From: Vicugna vicugna
Taxonomy: Eukaryota
Reading direction: 5' to 3'
DNA length: 64,000 bases
NCBI GenBank assembly: GCA_013265495.1
Contig: MU058718.1
Location: 992,001 to 1,056,000, forward strand
Shown here: piece by piece, positions 50,376 through 62,400 of the stretch
How the letters are laid out: the number at the start of each line of letters is the position of its first letter
Numbering within the stretch: position 1 is the stretch's first letter
The notes under the pieces: model-generated
Seen by the model: the letters and a program-made list of their open reading frames with translations, nothing else
Told to the model about the DNA's origin: nothing
Database searches by the model: none
Made by a program: the position numbers and the translations under genes

Positions 50376-52319
50376 GTAAGTTTTCAACTATGCCGTTTTC
50401 TCTGAGCCTAATCTGAAGGTAGAGGCACAATTCTAACTGGGGCACTCAACTGAAGGCCTATTGGTTGAGGCTCTGTCAGTGATAAGCAGTGGAATGCAAA
50501 ACTGCAAGCTCACAGCTATTTGCAATCAAAAGCACCATCTGAAAGCACTTGAAACAATAGAGCAATGTGGGTAGAAAATGATACAGAGGAAAACTGTTCT
50601 TTTCAGGTCCTTGAGCCTATGGAATTATTGAATACTGTTGATTCTGCTGGTGGCTGTGTCTCTCTGTACTGCCTTGATATGCCGGGGCAGTTTCCATCCT
50701 AAACAACTTATAGGCATTTTTTGCTATTTGACAGGCTAAATTGTCAAATATCTATGTCAAATATCTATATCTATTTAAAATATCTATATTTTCAGTTACT
50801 TGTAAATGTGGCACAAATACATTCTTTTCCATATACAAAGATTAACCTCCTCAAAAAATTATCCAAATAATTTATTCTCTCATTAAACCACCATTTGAGG
50901 AATAATTTTTCATTGATGCCAGGTACCAAATAGGTAGACATTTGTGCTCCTATGGAATACACTCTGCAGAGGTCTCTGTGTATAGATGGGACCTGCCAAT
51001 GCTACTTTTAGCAAAACAGTCATGCCACCAGTAATCATCAGAAAGAGGATTTCGTGGTAATTCACGGCTCAGACAGTGATATGCCACCCAAGGGATGTAC
51101 TATTGTGTTTCTAACCTTTCTTCCGAAGCTCAAGTGTACCAGCTTCCTGTTGCTTCTTTTTCAGTCTGGCTGTGACATGCAGATATTTGCTCAGTTCCAA
51201 GTTTTGTTTTTGTGTTTTTGGCTTGAGTTTGAAGAGTTATTGTGTAGTTTAAGATCCTTCTATTCCTAGCTCATCTTGAGTCCATGTGTCATTTTTAAGG
51301 CTGGGTTTCTTTCTTTCTCAAGTAAATTCATTGGCCTGCCTGCTTAGGTTTAGCACAGTTCAGGCCTCTATCTGCAGAGATACGAGACCGGGAGATCTGC
51401 TAACATGCAAAACGAAGCTAAAAGCAGTTTTTAAAATGTCTTCCTTGCACACAGGCCTGCTTTATAATAAACCAGAACAGTGCATGAATTAAGATGTTGT
51501 TGAAATGCCTGAGTGTCTCTGCCCTTTTATTACATCCAGGGTGATGAGGTCATGGCTTACTGTTTAGCTTATATGGTGCAATTAAGAGATTCATTTCTTG
51601 ACGTGATTCATCTCAGGAAGAGTTGACTCAAAAGTTTTAGGGGAGAAGCAAGACTTGTATGAGAAGATGTTGGAAAATTACAGTTTTCTTTTGGAAGTTT
51701 GAGTTCATTTTTTCATTCCAGGCCAGAATAAGAACTGCAATAAGCCTGTGTCAGATTTCTTAGTAGCAGGGAATTTGATTACCTAATGCCAGTGAGGCTA
51801 AGGAGATGGTTTTAGTTCTTGGATTTTTTTTTCTCTCTTTGGAATGATGGCAAAAATGTGAACTAAATATTTGTTTTAAGACATCACTAGATCTCTGTAT
51901 GTAGAGATGTTTAAATGAAGCAATATCTCAGATGTGTGTATATATAATGTAAACATTATATTTATATTATATATTTACCATACTTGTATTATGTATGTAT
52001 ATCACTGTTTATTGTGATGTTTATCTGTTGAGCCTTGACTTAACTGTAGCACATAAGTCCCTTCTGCTGAAAAAGAGATGATCTCTCCATTTGGTCCGGG
52101 TTGCAGTTCTCAATCAGAGTTAAACCTAACCTTTCACAAGTATGTGTGACTATAGAAATGTTGCTCTATTCTTTTATGAAAGATGTATTCCTGGCCCTCA
52201 GTTTGGGTGACATTTACTGAGGTTCCCTCCTTCCCTCTAAGTCTTCCTGGACAGTGATTTTCAACTTAGTCTTTCATCCATGGTTTAGCTTTTAGCAAAA
52301 ATTCATTATTCCTATACTG

Positions 52320-53170
52320 GTCAGTTTCAGTGTAAGAACCATTTATGAAATGCTTGTCTTATTTAAGGCACTATGCTAGGCACACAGGACCATCTTTAGA
52401 GGGATTAACTACTATCTCGATCCTTTAGGAGATGGAAAATTCTGCAGTACTGAATACAAGTCACATTGGGACAAACATTGTAACAAAGGAGTAAATGAAG
52501 TATTCTATGTGCTCTGGAGAGGAAGCAGGTTATTTTGCTTTGAAATCAGTTAAGTCTTCTTAAAGGTGTGACATTTGAATTAGCCTTTAGAGGAGAAGCA
52601 AGATTTGAATAGATGAAGCTAGAGGACAAATACAAAGTTCTAAAAGTGTGAAAGCCCATGACATGATACAAGAAAGGTGACGAGTCTGTTCTGGGTAGAG
52701 CATTAGCTATGTGTGAAGAGAGAATGGCAAGTAAATTTTAAAGTATAGAACAGTTTCAACTTATTAGTGGCCTTGAATTCTATGCTAAGAAATTTGGATT
52801 TTATTCTTGAAAAATCCTAGAAATGTAGTAAAAGTTTTTGGACTGAGATGGTGTGCCGTGATTATAACTGTACCTCAGAAGGTAACTGTTGGGGAAAAGA
52901 AAGATGACTTGGGGCAGAGAGAAAACAAGTGGTGAGGGGCACCCACGGGGGGCTATTACAATAATCCCCATATAGATGTCATGACATAGGGCAGTGACAG
53001 TAGAAGCAGAAGTGAGATTGTAATGCAGGAGACATTCTGAATCTAGGATCGGATGTGGTAGGGTATGCAAATGACTCTGAAGTTTCCACTTCAGGGGATT
53101 GGGAAATGGAGAAACCATGGAGATAAGAAAATTTAAGAGAAGGTTTGATGGAGAAAACAATAAGTGCCTA
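52320..53170 (-). mobile_element. L2 fragment
   Basis: aggcactatgctagg...gtgacatttgaattagccttt...ggccttgaattctatgctaagaaatttggattttattctt...ggctattacaataatcc. Confidence 0.8.
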
Positions 53171-56100
53171 AATTGATACTTTTAAAATACACTTTGATTA
53201 TATACATCATTTCTTTCTGGTTTTGAAGACAGGATTGTTACAGCTATTTGTTCGAGATTCTATTATTAGAATTACACCCTATTTTGCTTTTGTTTTAGGA
53301 CCTTGATACTTCCTGACTCCTCAAAGGAGGAGTAGAAAAGGTATATTTTCTATCACTTCTGAACATATTTCTGTTTTAACCGCATGTCAAGGTATTTCCC
53401 AAGATTATCTTGAGCCTTACTCAAGATAAGCTCTGACCTAACTCCCCTTCCTCCGGCCATACTCTTGAGGAGGAGGCAATTTGAAATCCTTACTAATGCA
53501 TATAGGATTCTCAAGTTAGACAGAACTGGCCTTTATAAGGCTAGAATTGGAGCCAAAATGGATTCTTGGATCATGTATCTCCTGCCGGTTACAAAGCTGC
53601 CAGATTCCATCCCAGTGGGTGGAAATGGACACCAGCCTCCGAGGAAGTGATGGCTGCACATGGGCGTCTGCTACTTGGGCTGCTTTCTGTCTCGAGGAGG
53701 GAGGAAACCGTGGGCTTTCCTAGGCATTTATCTTGTTCTTTGAACACAGGGAACTGAAGAGTCTTGGCCTTTGGAGTTTGGATAGTGAGCCTAAGTTTGG
53801 AGGGGTTTCCAGAGAGCAGACACTTCCCATCTCTGAACTGTTGTTACTTTCTTTCTCTATGCCCCTTCCTGTGCTGTACAATTCATTCCATCTTCAGAAT
53901 TTTAATGCACAGTGTTAGAAAATCTTATCGGAGAGCCTGGAATTCAAAGACAATGCAAAGCTTCAATGTGGAGACACCAAAATGGAAAGATGGGACTGTA
54001 CCACTGTGCTTCCTGCAAACAAGATGTAGTTTGTATAAATATCCACACTCTTTCCTAACTCATTTCTTTATTAGATTTGCATACCACATATCCAGTGACT
54101 GATCCTCTTTAAAGGTGGTGAAAAGTGTTACCATAATTCTGAGTATCTACTTTTCATCTGATAAAGCCATTCTGAAGGTTGCAGTATGAATTCGGTTTGC
54201 AGTTAGAATTCCCTAAATCAAATATTTTAAAATTCTGGGCAGCAAATTCAGCTTTGAATCTCTGGAAAACAGTGTATAATGGTTGGATCTGTCTAACTAG
54301 CTTGTGAACCTAAGGCACCATGTGCTTTCTATAAGCGTTAACAATTTATTCAGCCATTTTGGATTCCAGTTCCCACCCAAGAAAATGGAGACTATTATGC
54401 TTACTTTTTTATTCCCAAGTTGTGGCACAAAATTGCTTCTCCAGTTTTGTTCCTTTGATTATTTCAGCAGGAATGTATGAGATAAAATAATTCTTCAAAA
54501 CGGACATGCATATGAGTCTTTCCTGCTGATTTACCCCAGAAGGATGCATTAAACACCTACTGTATACCCAGTATATTGATGGATGCTGTGTGGAACAGAA
54601 AGAGGGAACAAGGCCCGTAGGAGATCACTGCAGCACTTTCTGAGTGAGGGGAGGAGAGGGCTGGAGCTGAGGAAGGGTGAGACCCACTCACAATAACCAG
54701 TGCTGGGCTCTGATCCCTTCAATCCCAAGTCAGGAGAAATGCTCAGTAGAGAAGCACATTGTCAGCTCGCCCTCCCACTTTAGACATGGAGATAGCAGGG
54801 GTGGGGAGAGGGTAGAAATGAGATGGCAGACTGGTTCATTTGCCGTAGACTGGCTTTAATTCTCCACAGTAGTGAGTTTGAGGGCAGCAACGCAAAGGGC
54901 GGCTTATTATTATTTTTGGGGTGTTAGCTTTTAAACAGCTTTGACAGTAAAATCCTCCTCTTTTTCGTCTTCTATAACTCTCCATGGTGTCCCTCGGAAG
55001 GGAGCAGGTAAGTGCTGGGGTCCAGCCCTCAAAGAGGCTGATACTCTCCAGACGTGTCCATAGACACTTGTAAGTTGAGAGCTGAATCCTCTGTCAGACA
55101 CATTTTCCTCATCAAATCATGCCTGTCTCACCTCACTGACACTGATAGTCCTGGGAGCCAGTTCTGATGCCAACCTGTATTGAACTAGATGTGAGTACAC
55201 TTTCTCAAAGGGCAGGTTGGGCTAAAACTTGACCTTTTGGAGCTTTGGAAGGTGGGCAGGGGAGCAGAGGGTTGCTGGGGAGAGAGAAGTTTCTTGGTTA
55301 TTGCTACAGGGAGTCTGTTTACTTGCTTTCAAGGGTCACAGCCATCTGAATGGGCTTCTCTGGCTCTGCTCTTGGGTTTGGTTTCAGAGGACCCGTCCTG
55401 TGGAATTCTGCTCCTGGTTGGCCCTCCCCTTACTCTGCTAGGCATGGGACTTTTATTCCCCAGAATGGTTCAAGCCTTCTCCAGGAACACTGCAGCTTGC
55501 TTTCAAGAACAGCAATTGGAAAGGCTGTTTTAAGTGGAGTTTACTGTTGTTGTATAAACTTTCATTTAAAATTGACTATAAAATGTTTCTGAACCTGCCA
55601 AACACACATTAAAATATTTTGCTTCATTTATGCCTATGTGTAACATTTGGTTTCTAAAGAGCTTTAATCAAGTAATCTTCAAGTAGGAAGTTATTCATCT
55701 TTATGGCCAGTCGGTTCTCAGTGGTGGTCGTGGCAACAATCTTTTTATTGCTTCTGTGTTTAGTTGTTCTTTGACATGATAGAAGTCAGCTGCAGTTCAA
55801 TGAGCTCACTATTTGTGCAACTTAATTGCTTGCTTCCTTCAATACATACTCAATTTTTCCTTTTATGAGCAGGGCTGTTGGAAAAATTAAGCTTAAGGAT
55901 ATAGCCATCCACTGTTAATTAACCTCCTTCCCAAACACATTAGTAAAATAGGTCAAATAACTGCTGAACGCTGAGTGTGCTGTTTCCAAGGTCCTCCTCG
56001 GCTGAGAAGCGAATCCTGTATTAAGCGAACAAATGTTGGAGCTTTGAGCATTTCTGGAAATAGTGATGACATAAGAATAATACTTTGTAACACAGCGTTC

Positions 56101-57477
56101 CCTGCTGCACTCTCCTCAAAGTTGAATATATTGTTTGACTTTGGCTGGCTCTACCATGGGTTTAGCTTACTTCGTGTTTTACCAACATTAAGAAGAATAA
56201 AAGTCAGTGGTGGTGGCTGTTTCTGCTGTTCCTCCTCTTCCTCCTTTTTTGCTTTCTAGGTTATTGCTTGTTTGTAAAAGAGCATCACAAGTTCAGCTTT
56301 CTCTTTAGATAGTGACCACTGCTATTATTTTGACTTATAATTCCTAGAATAATTTGAATACAGTGAGGTTGTATAAATGTTTGTGATGAGTATAAAAATA
56401 TGCTCTATTTTAATAAAATACTGATCTATTGAAATAGATTTATACAGAGCTCTTATAATTCTGCTCCATGTTAGGTTAAATTCAGATGGAAAATCACTTT
56501 AATTGCAGTGAGAAGAGCTGATTGGAGTTTTGCCAGCTTGACAGAAAGTATTTTGAAGTTTATAGACTTGAAAAAAAAAATGTGACAGTTCCTGAATTTG
56601 GTAGAAGGCAGGAAAATGTCAGGATTCAGTTTATACTTTAAGAAAGAGGAAAGCAAATGCAAACAAAATTAAAATGGGAGAATATACAAAATAGAGCTTA
56701 AGGCTGAAGATCACATTTGTGATCTTTATCCTCCCTGTAGTTTCCATGTTTATTAGCCTTTAATTGGTGAAGGAGTGGGGAGAAAGAAAGAAACCTAACC
56801 AACTCCCCAAGTAAGCCCTAATCTGATAAATATAGAAATTCCTTTTCTTTAAAATTATTACTCAGTTTCAATCTAAATCTTGCAAATATTTCTTATTTAG
56901 GTAGAAAAATAATTGTGTTCTCTGATAAAAATCATTACCAAATAAATGGCTGCCTCAATAATTTTCCAAGGTTTTTGTGCCTTCCAACTTGGGCAAATTT
57001 TCTGCTTTGCACTCACAGTCAGTGAGAAGCTCCTTGAAGCATCTTTTTTTCCAGAGTCACTTCAGAGTATCAATGACATGGAATTGATGTTGAAATGGTA
57101 ACCTTTGGGGATCTTAGTTTACTTACCTGCTAGAGGGATAATGACCTTTTGCCGGTCTAGACTCCAGGGACTTGTTAGGAAACTTGATTAGCTAATGCTT
57201 GTCAGGAGCCTTGAAGCAAAAATGTTTTCCCTGTGTGTTACTTTGTCCCACAATAAAGCTTGCAAGAATGACCTCATTCATATTCATTAATTCTAAAGGG
57301 TGTCCTCTCTTATCTTTTGCCTGGCTAAGACCTGGAGATGCAAATGGCAGATTGTTGACACATGGGAAATAGTTGAAAATCTGAAGGTTGAGTATAGGAG
57401 GAGGGGCATTGCATTCACACATGCCTGTAGATGCTTTTGCGACTGTCATTTGTGTGCCAGCTCACAGGTTCCAGGTT

Positions 57478-57523
57478 GGGGGCTGGGGGGTGGGGTGGGA
57501 GCTGGGGGGTGGGGTGGGGTGGG
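57478..57523 (+). repeat. G-rich tract with eight G-runs (G-quadruplex-prone)
   Basis: gggggctggggggtggggtgggagctggggggtggggtggggtggg. Confidence 0.8.
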
Positions 57524-57737
57524 ACTGTACCTTTTGGGGGAAAAGTTACTGCTGTGAATCAAAGTTAAGGGATTGAGTTAAACTTTTTTCTTATCTAACC
57601 AATTATGATGGCAAATTTCATCTTTTAAGAGTAGAAAATACTTGTCTAAAAAGAGAAAAAATTGAAGTCCAGGATTGGTGGGTATAAGAAAATAAAGAAT
57701 TTTGGAAAAATTTTAAGCATTTAGTCTTGGTAATCAT

Positions 57738-57820
57738 TTTCTTCCTTTCTTCCCTTTTTATTCTCTTTTCCTTTCCCTTCCCTTCTCTTCCCTTCCTTTC
57801 CCTTTTCTTCATTCCTTTTT
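57738..57820 (+). repeat. Polypyrimidine low-complexity tract
   Basis: (CCTTT/CCCTT)n-like run. Confidence 0.85.
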
Positions 57821-58103
57821 AAAAAAATTTTCTCACACAGAGCTCTGTTGCTGACCTGCATGAAGCAAATGGCAAATATTAGGTTTAACTTTTAAAATAT
57901 TGCCTTTAAAATAGCCAGACCTGTGCCTCACATGAACATGTTGGGTCATATTAAGCCTCCATGAATTGGTATCTTGCTCATCTCATGGATTCTTTTTATT
58001 ATTTTTTAAGGGTGTGTTCCTTTGGCCTTTCTGGCCATCATTGATTTACTTTAATTAAGCAAATACCAGAAAGAAGAGCCGGAAGCCATGGAGATACTGC
58101 CTA

Positions 58104-58122
58104 TAGCCAGCAGGTGGCACTG
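58104..58122 (+). promoter_or_regulatory. CTCF consensus motif
   Basis: tagCCAGCAGGTGGCACtg matches the CTCF core CCASYAGRKGGCRS. Confidence 0.65.
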
Positions 58123-58717
58123 TGGATACTACAGTGGTGAAGAAACTAGGATTTAGGAGGCAAAGTCGAAAGGGGGGAAAACTGGGATAATGAGATAACT
58201 AAAGATCTTTGGGAGGTTAACAGGGCATCTCAGAGAGCTATAAGCCAGTTTCTGAATGTGGAAGGTTGCCATGAATTGGCCTTATAAGAATATTTTCTCT
58301 GACTTTTAAAGTCTTCTTTCCAGTTTTATCAGCTGATACCTGTTTAAATTCTATGTATATGCTATTGCCCAGAGTTGAAAAACAAACTTGAAGGGAAAAC
58401 TTCTAGGAAATCTTAGAAATCAACATTTACTCATATTCCAAAACCCCAGAATGTAAAATGGGAACTCAAGCCTGGTGGGTTTATAATATAAAACTACATT
58501 TTATGCTCATAGAATATTATCCACTAGAGAAACAGGTTAATTTGATTTATTCAGTTATATTAAAGAGGCAGTGGGGAGGACATTTTCCTGACCTTTGTTA
58601 GCCTCTGTGTTCTCAGTTGTCTACGACTTGCTTTTCTTTAAAAAATTATTTGAAAAAGACTTGTGTAAATCAGTTTTTAGAAGACACTTTGCTGTGTTGG
58701 GGTAAATTTTTGCTTCT

Positions 58718-58775
58718 TTGGAAGTTTATATAGTGCTGCCTTTAGGTTGGAAGTTTATATAGTGCTGCATTTAGC
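58718..58775 (+). repeat. 29-bp tandem duplication
   Basis: ttggaagtttatatagtgctgcctttagg / ttggaagtttatatagtgctgcatttagc, 2 mismatches. Confidence 0.95.
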
Positions 58776-58778
58776 TAA

Positions 58779-59486
58779 TCAAGTTAAATAAAGAGATAGC
58801 AACAGTTTTTTACTTCCCAGTGAAGCCTTCCTGAGATAGCAGGAATTCTCCAAACAGCGAGGGCTCTCTTGTGAGAGTAAGCGCTTGTCTCTTTTTTCCT
58901 GAATCAGAAGGAAATTCCTTTTGTGGCTTAGACCAGAGACAGATAGAGGTTCTGGAAGGAAATGTGATTTCTCTCGATGAACATTTCCTAAGCTGAGGCC
59001 TCTTGGGAACACTGGCCTTTCTACCAGAAATGTGGACTTTTCTCCCAGATAGGTTTCTGCTCTCAGGGTAGATATTTGGAATACTTTTCTTCTCTGCCGC
59101 AGGGCTGGAAAACATGGGCGTCCCAATGGTGGTAGAGCCCATCTTCTAAAGGGAAAGCTGAGGGGGTTGTGAGTGCGTGGATGCCACCCAGAAATCGGTG
59201 TGGGGTAGATTGTCACATCCCAAGGGACGAGGATGAGGACGAGGAGCCAGGGATACAGGTGGGACGGGAAACAACGAAGCTGGAGAGGGTAGCAGAAATC
59301 GATATTTGGGAGCCACAGGACAGGGTATTGGGAGCCAGTGTGAGTGGTCTCCACCACTTGCCCAAGTCCAGAGCCTGACATGTCCCAGTCTCCCCCGGCC
59401 AGTGGGAGCTGAGGCAGGCAGCTGGCCGAGTTGCCGAGGGAGGATGCCGTGAGTGGTCTCTCCACGTGACTGGAAAGTCTGACCAT
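58779..59486 (-). CDS. Hypothetical 235-aa ORF, terminal-exon-like
   Basis: Longest ORF in the track and not recognisably repeat-derived. Acceptors tttccattcccag| (59496) and cccctcag|ATG. Minus-strand AATAAA at 58546-58551. Confidence 0.25.
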   Translation of the reverse strand: MVRLSSHVERPLTASSLGNSASCLPQLPLAGGDWDMSGSGLGQVVETTHTGSQYPVLWLPNIDFCYPLQLRCFPSHLYPWLLVLILVPWDVTIYPTPISGWHPRTHNPLSFPFRRWALPPLGRPCFPALRQRRKVFQISTLRAETYLGEKSTFLVERPVFPRGLSLGNVHREKSHFLPEPLSVSGLSHKRNFLLIQEKRDKRLLSQESPRCLENSCYLRKASLGSKKLLLSLYLT

Positions 59487-62400
59487 CTGAGGGGACCTGG
59501 GAATGGAAACCAGTTTACTGTATATTCAGAAACAGGGATATTTCTGATTCACCAGGGCAGGCTCCTCTCTTATTTCTTGGAACAGATTGCTCTCTTCTGA
59601 GCCTGGAGCCTGGGCAGTGCTTGAGCAGCAATGAGGAGCGTAAGTTTCCTGTCACTTCCTCTTTGGCAGGTTATGTCTGCAGACACTGGCTCCCATACCC
59701 CATAATTACTTTTTCACATTTTTTAATATAGTAACACATGGTTGGGCTTGTGGTAGGGGAACCGAGTGATGCCTCCGGGCCGTGAACACTATAAATAACT
59801 TCAGGGATCGTTTTATATGGTTAGGGAAGGAAGCTGCTTCTTTCTTAAGAAATAGCTCCAAGCAAAGAAGCAGGGTTTAGGAACAAATAACTTTTATTTT
59901 CAGGAGCCCCTTGGCCTTTTTCGCTATAGATCAGAAATCTTATTGGTATTGATTTGTTTTCTCATCATCTGTTATACCACCTTTTGTCTTAGAGTGGTTA
60001 TTGCAGCCATCTTGCCATTTAGAGGAAAGCACACACGTTTTGTTTATAAATGTGCAATGTAAAGCTATCAGGTCCATTCTCCGGGGTTAGCTTCTGACTG
60101 TGAACTCCCTAAAAAGCAGCCATATGCATGTGTAAGTGTTGATTGAAGACCTGTATTGTTGGAAGGGTCTACAATATGCTGTCTAAAATCATTCCTCCTG
60201 ACTCTGAAATTTTCAGACCATCCAAGACAGCCCAAACTTAGAGCTTCCCGGGAAAAGAAATTTAGGATATTTGTTGTAGAGTTTAGTATTTACCATTCTA
60301 CATTGCCAAGAAGTTCTTTGTTTCATCTAAGCTTCCAATGTATTTAAATTTTTTTGCCTCTTATTTATTGAGTGGAGATTGATAATAGCTGATTAAGATT
60401 ACCTTTCAATAACTACCTTTTATATGTTTCAATGGCCTGGTCACTAAAGTTGCATATACTTTAATAATTAAGACAGATAAATTAAACATTATTTTCTATT
60501 AGGTAGAAATCTAATAGAAAAATGTCTATATACAACAGAAATATTCCAAAAATACTTTGTAGGTTTCACTACAGTCTGTATGCTTTAGCTTAACTCATAT
60601 TTGTACAAATTCGAGTCTCACAGTTCTCTTCTGCAGCAGAGGAAGTAGTTTGCATTATTTTTGCATTATATGTAATGTCTTTGTATAACTTGTTTATATA
60701 ATGGAAAAGCAAAGACACTAGCCCAGTAAAAGAGATATAAAAGTGACCACCACTGTCCTAGGTATTAAAATGCTTTGTTTCACTCTTAGCAACATTAATT
60801 CACTGAAATAAAATTATGTCTGTAGGTAAATGGGGATCATTTTACCTCTTGGAGGCTACATTAAGTATTGTGTAGTCAATCTGGGACCAGGGACAAAAAA
60901 TGCAGTGTGAGGCAAGTCTGTGAGACTGGGCAAGGGGCAGGGGGACACATTCCCAGGGGAAAAGCAGGGGGAAGACCAACCTCCATAGTCCTTCATTGTT
61001 CTGCTCCAATATTTGCTAAACTAACAGGGCACTTGGCACTGTGCTCCAGGTTTCCAATCTGACAAGCAGAGATGGAAATTTCTCCCTGTTGCAGAAGGAA
61101 ACTTCATTTTACTTCTCTCCCGAAAATGTGTCTTGTAGACATCAGAGGGTTTGACCTTTAGGGCCCCTGGCCAATGTGTACACCTAGTGCTGTGGTATTT
61201 GCATGTCTGACGAGTCACAAAGTGACTGCGATTAGATTGTCATCCTCAATAAATGGTGCCGTTTCATAATTTTATTTTAAAATCTTCTCGTGCTGAGAAT
61301 CTGATAGAGTGTATGTTTTGCTGAGGTGCAGTGACAGTCTCATATCTGTCAAAAGGATCTATGAAGGATCAAACAGCAGAGTGCTTTTCTCTCATGATGT
61401 GGCAGCACGTACTGGGGGGAAAGGCTTGTGCTGTTTCCTGGGCCCTATCCCCTGGACCCCTGTGCGGGGCCCTATTAGATTAAGTGAGCTGGCACCAGAG
61501 CTGCGAGTTCTTGTTAACCATACCTGCCCAAAAGGCCCTAACACAAACAACCCCCATTATAAAGTCAGCCCTTTGCAAACTTATTTCCAGAAAATACTTG
61601 TACCTGTTCTCTGCCATGCCACATTTTTTGAGATGATCGCATGCTTATGCTAGGGAATGGCAATTCGCCAAAAGCAGAGTCGGCCTGCTGGAGTTTCAAT
61701 AGTGCTCATTATGAAGGAGAAGAAGTTTCTATTCCTACCCCTGGAAGGAAAAAGCCACTCACAGATAAAGTGTATGATATGATTACCGTTGCTTTAGATA
61801 ACCACAAGTATTACTTCCGACATGATAAGGAATTGTTTTCTGTCTCGATCATACAGAGCTTGGCTCAGCATTCTTAAGAAGTGGAGGCATTTTTTTAAGG
61901 CCACTTGATCAGTTTGGAACCTGTGGAAGCATGAGTTTGCCATGCAGATAAAAATCAACACTGGTTTCGGCTACCACAGCGATTGCAGTGGGGGCGGGGG
62001 GAGGGGGTGAGGATGCTTAGGAGATTTGGAAATGGGAGCAAAAGGTCCTAGTGACTCTGGCAGAGTGCTTTAGAGGTCTTGGGAGCAAACCTCATGCATA
62101 TCAGGAACTGCTAGATGGTTCCTTTCATTGTGCTAACATCATTCAGATTAAGTTCAGTGAGAGAGCTAGAATGCTCAGCTTCTCAGAAGGGTGTGTTAGG
62201 GAGGCAAGCTTACTTTTAAGTAATCAAGCAGGAGTGTTCCTTCTCAGTACCTGATTTGCTGGAGGGGATATGAACACAGAAGTTATAGGACTGACGAGAA
62301 TTTAATGAGTTAAGTTGCAGCAAGGGAATTACGGGTACGATTCTGACAACTTGAGTGCTATGCAAGCACGAGTATTGTTTCCATCTTTCAGTGGCCCTCG

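Noticed and set aside
50742..50790. tgtcaaatatcta tandem repeat
   Set aside because: Ordinary slippage repeat.
52801..53160. 119-aa minus-strand ORF
   Set aside because: Lies within an L2 relic.
60492..60521. 11-bp inverted repeat ttttctattag/ctaatagaaaa
   Set aside because: AT-rich and too short for a pre-miRNA; plausible by chance.
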